DNA from: Nitrospirales bacterium
Lineage (GTDB): Bacteria > Nitrospirota > Nitrospiria > Nitrospirales > UBA8639
Direction of reading: 5' to 3'
DNA: 64,000 nt
Assembly (NCBI GenBank): GCA_965203295.1
Contig: CBDBCZ010000017.1
Coordinates: 1,568,001 to 1,632,000 of the forward strand
The notes beneath the pieces were generated by a model. It worked only from the letters and a program-made list of their open reading frames with translations. It was not told the origin of the DNA and made no database searches. The position numbers and the translations under genes are program-made. Below, in pieces: positions 1 through 10,593 of this stretch. Numbering within the stretch: the first letter of the stretch is position 1; each line of letters begins with the position of its first letter.

Positions 1-211
1 TAAGTCTTCTGGCCAGGAAGACAACACTGTTACAGTAAAAACACACTTGCAACTGGCCTGCATGGCTTTTTTTCAACATTGTAGCCAAAACATTGATAAC
101 CTTTGACAGACAGAAATTCTGCTGAAAGTTGGGTTGGAATTAATGAAACTATGCTCAAACCTTTGTACAGAAAAATCTGATACTTTTAATTAAGTGTTGG
201 GCTTCACTTAC

Positions 212-3200
212 GAAACAGATGTAAATTCCATTATTGCTTAGCACAGAATCTTGCAGATCTTGTATGGCATCAGGTGTCCAGTCGACTTGGTCCAGAACCG
301 TCCTGATTCCAGCCTCATCATCCGAACCAAGGCTTTGGAAGAGCTGGCCACGTTCATTTGCCCTATCAGTTGAAAACCATGCACCCATGACTAGTTATGC
401 AGGAGGTAATATAAGTTATGATTATTATTACATTTCTTATGATCAAACTTACGAGAGGTGTTGCTTAGTGAAGGGTGTGTATGCAGCAGGCACTTGCGGT
501 ATAGATCCACACACACCCATTTGAATGCGAGGATAGTAAATTAGAAAACTTAAGCACATTTCATCATGTGTCCTTTCACCTCCCTGCATGAAATCAGAAT
601 TTGTGAAACTTGACTTGCTAGTTTTGATAAATAGCATACCACATAGCATTAATAATGCTTACTAGAGTCACGTTTGAGTTTTCGGTTGTTCTGTAGAAAC
701 ATTTCAGAGCTAGTGAATCCCCCTGCATGGGGAAAAATAATTTACTGGTCATCATATTTGTTGACATGATCAAGAGACATTTTGTGGGAGTCCTAAGAAT
801 ACTTACAGGAAGAACCTGGACTTTTCTTGGTAAAATGTTGAATTGCTGTAATAACATCAAAGTATAATAATAAGAGTTCTTTTGATTGGGGTAAGACCAT
901 GCATGTAGAGTATACCTGAAGATTAAAATCGTATTTCAAGTTGCTGTCAATGGGCTCTAATTCTTCCAGGACACCGCACTCTTCATTGGGCCTGAAGTGC
1001 TGCAGCACTAGTCCATGTCCTGTAAAAAATACATACCATCAACAGTTCTGTGAGTAAATTTTAGATGGGTAAAGATTTAACAGTAATAGTGGTCATAGAA
1101 ATATGCAAGATTTTCTGCATTGTAGCATGAGTATCAATTTACGTATCTCCTCATGCATTCAGTTTCCAGGCACAGGTACACACACAATAGCCTCGTACAA
1201 AAAAAGAAAGAGCTGGGGAGTTGAGTCTAGCAACGAGGCTACATGCAAATTGCATGACTATATATCAGTACTATAGGACACCATGTGATAATGATTATTA
1301 TAGCAGGAGTACATGAACATAGTGATAAGAGTAGTGCCGTACTAAGTCGATCTTTTTCTTGTTTTGTTTGCAAATTTTAAGTGTACTGTCAAGCCAGATT
1401 AGATATTTACGAATTCCTTATATTACAGTAGCAGCTCTACTCTACAAAATGTGGTTCTATGGAGTTACACACTAATGCTCCTGATAACGTTTTTAGGTGT
1501 ACATACCTACAAGATGTGTGTGAAGCAAATTTCCAAATATTGTGATACCATCATCCGGTATAGTCTAAATGGGAGGAGAATCATCATGCAGTGGAGTTAA
1601 TGTTGTGTTTAAATATAGGACTTGAAGTGTATAGCACTTACGTTTTGTGTGCAAGCAGCAGGACAAACAGATTCTATTACATAATTGTCCGCTTTCGGAG
1701 GGATGACCATATTCCTTGTTACTAAATGGCCCACCACGAGTATTCCTGCCTCAACTTCTGGGGGGTTGCTTGAATAGAAAAATTCAATTCCAGAACTGTC
1801 AAGAACTCCTAATATTAAAGGAAGAGCAAAGTTGTTTTTTTAAATGAATAAATAGTACAATGTCATAATATTAATTTTATATACACGATAGTACTGTCAG
1901 TAGATTCACCTGTTCTCAGCAGTGGATTGTCATAGTGCATTTCAAGAACCAAATACTCTGCATTGCCAGGACCCCCAATCGGGTAGGCTACATTTTCTGG
2001 ATAGACGACATCCTACAAACAAGAAGGTATAATTCTGGTATTTGCATGCATGTGTAACAAATCCGCTCCAACGGACTGCCATGTTTCCCAACGCTCCGCT
2101 GCGACGGGCGCTCCAACTCTAGCGCTCCGCTGCGACGGGCGCACCAACCCTGGCGCTCCGCTGCGACGGACGCACTCGCTGGCTGACTCACCCAATATGG
2201 ACAAACTCTCTAGTACAGACTCAGTACAGACTCAGTACAGACTTATTTATACAAAAAACACCTAGCAACCAACATCACACCTAAAACATACAGTAAACAC
2301 ATAACTGTCAGTATCACCTATTAACATGTCTCTATAGCCTAAGTTATCAGCTAAAGTCCTAATTGTCACACATGCATGATCACAACCTCGTACATGCACA
2401 GCTTCTCTGCCAAACGTATATTATACTTACCACTCCTCCCACTGCCCACGCTCCACCAACGGCAGTTCTACAGTTCCTCAAGTCATCAGGAGCATTATCA
2501 CAGTGTGCACCGCTGCTTGCAAGAGTGTCAGGCTCAAGAAAGTTACAGTGGTATACCACAATGTGATGAACATGTGGAAAGCTGTCCTCAGTTATGGTGG
2601 GTGAAAACTGCATAAGTAAGAAGATTATGAATCACTGTTTGTAGTTATGCTTTACGATTAATTAAAACTACATAAATAAAAAAAAATTACTAACCTTAAA
2701 GATGTACTGCTCCTGTGCCCTCACTTCAGCTGGTAACTGAAAGCCTGAACACCAGTAGGTAGTGTCTCTGTCACCTGGAATTGTTATCTATGTGTGTGCA
2801 TGAAAGTAGGCGAAAGAATTGGGTCTTTCACCAAGTTGAATACACGATTTGTATGATATGATACTTGTATATAGACTGATATGCTTACGTTAGTATTTCG
2901 GATTGTGAATGACTTTGTATCTGGTGGATTCGGCCGTTCGTTATTCAGCCCTCCAAGAAGATTGAGACTGGTGGTTCCTCGTGACTGATGCTGTCTAATT
3001 TCACCTAGTACATCTGAGGGATTGAATGAATTCCAGCTCCAAATTACACGAGTTGTGTCAGCCTGTATGAAAGAGAAAGATAACAGTCCGTGCATCTTAA
3101 TATAAGAGCATTAATTGCGCTATTATAATGAAAGTACATGTAGCTGTATGGTAAACCCACAAAATACGGACATATACAATCACTGACCAAAATATTGACA

Positions 3201-3690
3201 TCTTTGTCATCACAGGAAGTTAGGTTTCTGGAGAATTCAAGGATGGTGACTCCATTCTCTTGCTCGCCGCTTATCAGAAACCAGTCCTGGCTTGCATCAA
3301 TCGGAGGTAGGGCTTGCTGCTCGGCATAGCGATCCTGCAAACAGAAGCAACGAAACAGACAGTAACAGTTAACACGGAAACACTGCCCCGCTCGCATTGA
3401 TGGTAGTAACTTACATGGAATTGCACGGTTCCGTCGCTCTCGACCCATCCGATCACCACATCTGATCCAACCATGCCACCATCGGGAGAGATTCCGAATC
3501 CCACCCAGCCAGTCGTTTGCACGCGAACGGCGAATGAGATGGTTTGCGCACTCAAGTCGTAGTTCCAGTGGAGTTCGTACAGTCCATCGCGGTCCAGAAT
3601 AGCCGAAAAGCGGTATTCCTGCGATAAATCGTGCGCACCGTAAACAGTCAGCGCAAGAAGGGAAAGCGTTACCACAGTCCCTAGCGTCAT
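212..3690 (-). CDS. MOXD1: DBH-like monooxygenase (copper type II ascorbate-dependent monooxygenase with DOMON domain), copy 1; 13 exons in window, last exon lies before position 1
   Basis: Signal peptide MTLGTVVTLSLLAL, DOMON (GWVGFGISPDGGMVGSDVVIGW), copper ligands HVHHIVVY, EMHYDNP, LLHTHL, DEMC. Exons with GT-AG borders approx 3690-3415, 3334-3188, 3062-2889, 2787-2695, 2607-2431, 2012-1910, 1808-1642, 1564-1507, 1019-916, 845-807, 722-663, 583-453, 390-212. Confidence 0.9.
2053..2370. mobile_element. 318-bp TGT...ACA insertion with 4-bp TSD (CATG) in MOXD intron 5; probable Gypsy solo LTR or Ginger-type MITE (second copy 16125-16442)
   Basis: catg|TGTAACAAAT ... AATTGTCACA|catg; internal cgctccgctgcgacgg x3 and agtacagactc repeats. 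Confidence 0.6.
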
Positions 3691-3712
3691 GGTTTGTATT
3701 CTTGTCGCTAAG

Positions 3713-3827
3713 ATATACTCGGCTGGTACCTGTGTCTGTACTATAGACCGTCTGCGGTTAATTGCATCAGGTATACTCGGCTGGTACCTGAGTCTGTACT
3801 ATAGACCGTCTGCGGTTAATTGCATCA
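3713..3827. repeat. ~59-bp tandem duplication just upstream of the MOXD ATG (also 17785-17899)
   Basis: tatactcggctggtacctgWgtctgtactatagaccgtctgcggttaattgcatca x2. Confidence 0.9.
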
Positions 3828-4503
3828 TTTCCTGTTGTGTGTAGGTAGTAAAGATAGAGTATCTATGATATCACACACACATGATCATGTAGACTGGCTC
3901 CACCGGACTAATGACCATGATGTAAGATGAAAGTATGATTACAAATTGATCACCAGATGATGCAATACGTTCCCAATCAACTTGTTTTTGCACACACACA
4001 CACACACACACATAAAAATGCAATACAAATTCTATTTCTACCGCTAAGCGGTCACTCGCACCTGGCAAAGCCAGGCTGCTTGTGCACTAAGCAAGCACTA
4101 TGAGCCAGTGCTGGCAAACTCCTGGAACCGGGCTAGGAACTCACAGGAGGACTGACTACTTCTCTCTGGTGTGGGCAGCCGAAGTCCCACACCCTTCGCT
4201 GTCTGGTTTGAAAGTTCATTTTGAGTACCTCATTAACTCTAGCTACATTAAATTTATCTTGAATATTCATACAAGATAATCAGCACAATTATGCTATAGG
4301 TTAATTAATAACCTCTAATCAAAATGATAAATGAATCCTTTTAAGAAATTTACAATGCTCTTCCTGACATTTTCTTCCTCCGACTGTGGTCCGGTGAACT
4401 TCCACCCCCAGTACCTATGGTCTGTACCACTACCACTACCTCCATAGCCTTCTCGCAGCCAGCTTAGAGGAAAACTGGGAGAACTGTCCCAACCATATTT
4501 GGA

Positions 4504-5022
4504 CTAGTTGTACTGGTACTCATGATACTCGGCGCCACGCAGATCGATCCTTACTTTCACAGACACCACAGGCGTTCCCGAGAAATAGCGCTTCTCCATC
4601 ACTTCTCGATTAACAGAATCTGCAGCAAATATGTCCCAATCGTAACCTGGAACTTGTACTGCAAAGGTTTCTATTTTCCCCCACAGAAATTCAATATTAA
4701 ACTTCCAGTCACCGGGTGCCTCACGTCCGAGGGAATTGACTACAAAATTATCTTTAGGAGATACATTCAGGTTGACACTGGCTGAGTCGGCAATGATATC
4801 CCTATAAAAAGTCACAGCGTCAGGAATTCTGGCTAGTACTTCCACGGGAATTGTAAGGTCAGAAGATGCAGAATCATCAGGGCTCTTAATAAGGGTCACT
4901 GTCCCATTCTCCTGACAGGAGACGATGTAGGACTCGGAGTCCCTATACTCACTAAAGGCCACAACGTCACCATGACACAACTCATAACTAACGCTTCTAC
5001 GCCGGCTGCACTCGTAGGACAT
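4504..5022 (-). CDS. Hypothetical intronless protein (172 aa), possibly frameshifted from the upstream MASQEPSK start at ~5099
   Basis: Open ORF with globular composition, TATA-like motif near 5120; no recognisable domain. Confidence 0.45.
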   Translation of the reverse strand: MSYECSRRRSVSYELCHGDVVAFSEYRDSESYIVSCQENGTVTLIKSPDDSASSDLTIPVEVLARIPDAVTFYRDIIADSASVNLNVSPKDNFVVNSLGREAPGDWKFNIEFLWGKIETFAVQVPGYDWDIFAADSVNREVMEKRYFSGTPVVSVKVRIDLRGAEYHEYQYN

Positions 5023-5287
5023 TCAGAGTCATACAGCCTTAAGTATTTAGCAGCTTCTGCGGGACACTTCGTATCTTTGCTGGGCTCTTGAGAGGCCATC
5101 GAACTCTTCAAGCCGCCGTATATAGTTCTAAGTCTCGTGATCAGGCAGCGTCTAGTTAACTAGTTACGTGATCTGTGAGTAGGCAGCAGCGTGTAACGCC
5201 AAGAGCAAGGCACGCCACCGGCAAGGCACTGGCGTTTACCGGACCGGACACGGCGCTACCGTAAATGACTTGCACTCATAAGTCTAA

Positions 5288-6231
5288 CTAGGTGAATGCA
5301 GTGCATTGTGGGGCGAGCGTGAGCGAGTACATAGGTAATATTCACGGTACAAAGATGGTAGCATGCAGAGCACAACTTAAATGGAGTCGGTATGGATGGA
5401 GGGATAAAGGCGGAAGAGGGATAAGGGGTCAATACAGGTGGAGGAACAGCACACAATACAATGTGATGTAGTCATGTACTCTCTGTCTTAACTTGTTGCA
5501 GCCTAAAGCCTGTGCGTCTCACTGGATCGTGTCTCCAGTCTCTATATGTCACTCTCTGTTGTGTTGCAGGCCAGCCCGTGTCTGCTCCAGAGTCTCAAAG
5601 GATTATATTACCCAACGGTCCTCTCTGTTGTGTTGGAGCCTAGCCTCTGTCTGCTCTAGGGTCTCAACAGATCGTATCTCCCTTCGACACGCCCTGCAGC
5701 ATTGCCGCCTAGTAGCTGTCTGTCTGCTCCAGAGACTCGACAGATCGTGTTTCCTTATGGCGATCTCTGTCATGCTGCATTCTAGCCTCCATCTGCTCAG
5801 CAGTCTGAGTACGGCGTCTAGCCCTGTCTCTCGCCCTTCGTCTTCTCAACCTTTTAACAGACACACACACACTACGTAAATTTAGCAGGTACCCAGAATG
5901 CTGGTATTTCTACACATCTTGCCTCCTTTTGTTCTCCGTTTCGGAAGCACGGTGGGCCCTCTCGCCGTCTCCGAAGTCTCTCTTCTCTTGCTGCAGAAGC
6001 ATCATGGCGTTAAGTGAACGTAGCAAATGACTGGGCCATATCTTCGCAGTACACAACACGTGAACATGGTTGGGGTTGCTATTTTATGCACGTGGCTGTT
6101 ATTCGTTATTTTAGCGAATTAATGTTTAGATTCGGCACGACGTACGGGACAGACAGAAAGACAGACAGACAGACAGACAGAGAAAATCGCGTTGACACGA
6201 CAAGTGTGGGGCTCGCTCACGCTCGCCCCAA
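5288..6231 (-). mobile_element. Non-autonomous Helentron/HINE (DINE-1-like rolling-circle element), 944 bp, present only in copy 1
   Basis: Empty site gtctaa|ttatgcg at ~19359; no TSD, TT target; subterminal inverted repeats ggggcgagcgtgagcgag, (GTCT)n microsatellite, 3' stem-loop aatgcactgcatt then CTAG. Confidence 0.85.
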
Positions 6232-6485
6232 TTATGCGATTCCTGCGTTATATATTACAGAGTAGGCTCGTATCCTATATGCGAGGCTATATCACAGAGA
6301 TCCATGGTGCCCTACATAATTTGGTGAGTGGCATGCACGATCGCAGATCAACAGTAATCTCGCGAAGCCAATCAAAGCAGTCATAAATGTAGAAGGTGAA
6401 CTGACTGGCTTTGTTTGGCTCACTGGAGAATATTGTATGCGTCTGTTTTCATGTGTTTTCAAGTCTCTCAGAGCACCTCCATGAA

Positions 6486-7970
6486 TGTGACACTAGTACA
6501 GCATTGACCATGGTTTGCCTTGCTCGTGGCAGTGTAGGAGGCTGCCATGAGCAAGGCAGTTTATTCTGTAGTACGGTTGCTTGTACTCTGAGCCTTATTT
6601 CAATGGTATACCCAAGCCTCCGTTGTGACACTAGTACGTACAGCATTGACCATGGTTTGCCTTGCTCGTGGCAGTGTAGGAGACTGCCACGAGCAAGGCA
6701 GTTATTCTGTAGGACGGTTGCTTGTACTCTGAGCCTTATTTAAATGGTACCCAAGCCTCCGTTGTGACACTAGTACAGCATTAACCATGATTTGCCTTGC
6801 TCATGGCAGTGTAGGAGACTGCCATGAGCAAGGCAGATGTCATGTAGTACGGTTGCTTATCCTCTGAGCCTTATTGTAACCGTACCCGAGGCCTCAGTTG
6901 TGACACTAGTACATCATTGACCATGGTTTGCCTTGCTCGTGGCAGTGTAGGAGACTGCCACGAGCAAGGCAGTTATTCATTGACCATGGTTTGCCTTGCT
7001 CATGGCAGTGTAGGAGACTGCCATGAGCAAGGCAGATGTCATGTAGTACGGTTGCTTATCCTCTGAGCCTTATTGTAACCGTACCCGAGGCCTCCGTTGT
7101 CACACTAGTACATCATTGACCATGGTTTGCCTTGCTCATGGCAGTGTAGGAGACCGGCGCGAGCAAGGCAGTTATTCATTGACCATGGTTTGCCTTGCTC
7201 ATGGCAGTGTAGGAGACTGCCACGAGCAAGGCAGTTTTTCTGTGGAACGGTTGCTTGTCTGAGCCTTATTTAAATGGTACCCGAGGCCTCCGTTGTGACA
7301 CTAGTACATCATTGACCATGGTTTGCCTTGCTCGTGGCAGTGTAGGAGACTGCCACGAGCAAGGCAGTTATTCTGTAGGACGGTTGCTTGTACTCTGAGC
7401 CTTATTTAAATGGTACCCAAGCCTCCGTTGTGACACTAGTACAGCATTAACCATGATTTGCCTTGCTCGTGGCAGTGTAGGAGACTGCCATGAGCAAGGC
7501 AGATGTCATGTAGTACGATTGCTTATCCTCTGAGCCTTATTGTAACCGTACCCGAGGCCTCAGTTGTGACACTAGTACATCATTGACCATGGTTTGCCTT
7601 GCTCGTGGCAGTGTAGGAGACTGCCACGAGCAAGGCAGTTATTCATTGACCATGGTTTGCCTTGCTCATGGCAGTGTAGGAGACTGCCATGAGCAAGGCA
7701 GATGTCATGTAGTACGGTTGCTTATCCTCTGAGCCTTATTGTAACCGTACCCGAGGCCTCCGTTGTCACACTAGTACATCATTGACCATGGTTTGCCTTG
7801 CTCATGGCAGTGTAGGAGACTGCCACGAGCAAGGCAGTTTTTCTGTGGAACGGTTGCTTGTCTGAGCCTTATTTAAATGGTACCCGAGGCCTCCGTTGTG
7901 ACACTAGTACATCATTGACCATGGTTTGCCTTGCTCGTGGCAGTGTAGGAGACTGCCACGAGCAAGGCAG
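6486..7970 (+). repeat. Tandem array of ~135-bp and 63-bp units, 13 hairpins, with higher-order structure
   Basis: tgccttgctcRtggcagt-gtaggag-actgccaYgagcaaggca repeated. Confidence 0.95.
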
Positions 7971-8481
7971 ACGCTAGTATAATTTAGTACGGTTTGCCTT
8001 TCTGTGTTTATACTGCGTAATATCACTACTGTTTCCTGTAGGACAAGATGAAGTTTATTATGGAGTGATACACTGCACCACTGAGCTGTGTTGGTTATTC
8101 ACATTTTGGAACATAATAGGCTCATATACAGAGCCATCCAGAATGCTGGCAGTCAGTACTTGTAGTAGGGAAACCACCCCCATTCTTGGTTTCAGCTGTG
8201 ATCAAATGTAATTGCCAATTACAGCTGAATGTTGACATCATTGAAGCAGCTGAAAGCACATGGTTTAGAAAACTCTCCAGCTGCATGCTATTTTTTGTTG
8301 AGAATCAGTATTGAACATGTGTGTCTGCCTTTGGATGACTACGCAGTATTGAAACGAGATGTCATCTAATCGGTTGGTTGAAGTATTTTTGATTTGGTAT
8401 AATTATGATCATATAGCAAGTCTGTACACGTATATTTCACCATATTATGCCCTACAACTTTATATAGCTAGTGGGAGTTGG

Positions 8482-10070
8482 ATGAACATGGCTGCAGATG
8501 CACAGTCCCTGCATGGAAATGGTATGCTCATCAGTGCATGGCAGTTAAACTGTACTAAACAAGTTACAGTAAACATGTTACCTCACTGTATAGCTACAGT
8601 ATAGTTAATGGAAAACAATAAACTCTTTATTCAGTCATCAGTGCCTCAGATGATGAGGTACCCCCAGCTAAGAGAAGCAAAAGGGTATCACCTTTCATTG
8701 GTCCAATGTCAGAGACCACATACAGCATGCTGTATAGGCTTCTTGAAGGGAACTCTGACAATGATCCAGATGTTGTGCAATTTGCAAAGCAATACAGGAA
8801 AGCACTGTATAAAGATGGCAACACCAAGAAACCAATATATCATTTCATTGAAAATGAGCAGGGAAATCCTGCAATTGGTAAGTGTGATGGAGGGAGAATG
8901 AAGGAAGTTGTTCATAAGCAGAGAGCAATAGAAATAGTTGAGAGCATTCATAGACCAGGTGGAAAGGGATGCAGGCCAGGGAGGCAGAAGCTGGTCAGGA
9001 AAACTTTTATGGAGAAATACTGTATTAGTGGTATTACACAAATTGTCAATGACGTGTTAGCAAGTTGTACTGGTACCTGTAAGGAGACAATCAGATTGTC
9101 TGTGCAGCACCCACCTCCTACCCCTATCAGAACGAGTGCAGTAATGGAACGCATACAAATTGATATCACTGAAGTGTATGGTCCATCAAGTCCTTTTCTA
9201 GAATCAGCTTCACATCCATACAGTATGATTCTAGTTATCAAGGATTGCTTTTCTAAATTTTGTTGGTTAACACCAATAAAGAATAAAGAGGCTAGTACAG
9301 TTGCAAGTGTCCTAACTGGAGTATTCCGCACGTACGGCTGCCCACAAATTCTACAAAGTGATAATGGGGGAGAATTCATAGCAAAAGTGATTAAAACCCT
9401 CTGTGCTAACTTCAATGTGACGATCAAGCATGGTAGTCCATACAAACCTCAAACCCAAGGGCAGATTGAAAATCTTAACAAGCGAGTGAAGAGATATCTT
9501 GCAGCACGACTGCTAGATTTTGCACCACAAGAACAAACAAATGTGTGGCCAGTACTTTTGCCGGAAATCTCAAATGTCATTAACAATACTTATCATTTCA
9601 CGACCCAGAGCACACCATTTCATATTTTTTTCGGTAGACCATCAAGGTTGTACTCCGAGAATTCAGATATGTGGCCTTCAGATGATATTCTAGTTGGAGA
9701 GGGATTCGATGATTCTGAAGTATATAGTTTCAGCACAGCTGATTTGAGTGACTCCACACAGCAACCAGTGTTTCAAGATTTGCCTAGTAAACACAAGGAT
9801 GTCTTCAGCTCGGTTACGACGACAGCTGAGACTGAATCACTCCTTTACAGCCTAATAGAGCGTGAAGTCATGCAGTCAAATGTGATCGAGTCTGCTGAGA
9901 GAATGGCAATGACTAATTACTTTGCTCATGTTCGCAAACTGGATTTTGATAGTACGATTACTATTTCACGATTTTTACTGATCTGTATCACACTGCAATT
10001 TTTACTGCACACCGACAGGTATTTAACATGCAAAAAAAGAAATTCTGTTCCTATGATTCCCTTTCCTTAA
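8482..10070 (+). CDS. Gypsy-like DDE integrase (rve), Ginger2/KRBA2/SCAND3-like, copy 1
   Basis: Small first exon 8482-8521 spliced in frame to 8635 (NLS-like PPAKRSKR); zinc-finger-like H..CTGTC; RIQID, LQSDNGGEF, PQTQGQIENLN (D,D,E); no RT, gag or LTR. Confidence 0.85.
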
Positions 10071-10593
10071 CAGCAGAATATGAAGCAAAAATTCAACACA
10101 TCGCGTAAATTTCAATTATAACACCTGTACTACTAGACTGTACTATACTGTCTCATCCTAATATATTAATATATCTAGTGGTTTACTAACATCAATGTAT
10201 GCAATGGAAGGGTATACTCAGAACGTAACCAAGTGGAAAAGAAAAAAAAGGCTATGTAAGTGTACGTACCTTTACCCTTATGATGTAATGGGGTAAGAAT
10301 TGACAATGTCGTGCAAGTGTTTGTGCTTTCATGTTGAAAGCACAAAAACATACACGTATTTAGTGTCTGTCTCCTTTTACCCCCCACCCCACCCCCCCCC
10401 TAGCTACATCATTTCGGTAAAGGATCTTTTATATTCATCTTGATTTTGCAGAGCTGCACTTTCTCCGTATAATTCTCGTGACGAGACTATTGTAGAATGT
10501 GGGTTTGCTGCCTAATTATCATGCATTAATTATATTAATTAATATAGTGGATCTTTGGCTCTAAGATACAGAAAGCTCAGTATTTATTACTAG

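Larger units (their letters stand above)
5192..10262 (+). mobile_element. Ginger-like integrase DNA transposon, left half (copy A1), cut at the duplication junction
   Basis: TGTAAC terminus, TIR segment shared with 25600-25670 and 38560-38639, hairpin array, integrase ORF; identity with copy A2 stops at 10262/23327. Confidence 0.7.

Noticed and set aside
1188..1241. TAG..CTA element in MOXD intron 8
   Set aside because: Ends fit but no 9-bp TSD; too degraded to call
6793..6836. Compensatory stem changes (cgtg/cacg to catg/catg) as proof of RNA structure
   Set aside because: Both changes are CpG transitions and also occur unpaired in other units
6486..7970. CRISPR array (palindromic repeats next to an integrase)
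   Set aside because: Linkers are homologous and repeated, not unique spacers; no cas genes; eukaryotic context
8706..10070. LTR retrotransposon or Polinton integrase
   Set aside because: No RT, RNase H, gag, LTRs, polB or capsid; TIRs and introns point to a Ginger-type DNA transposon
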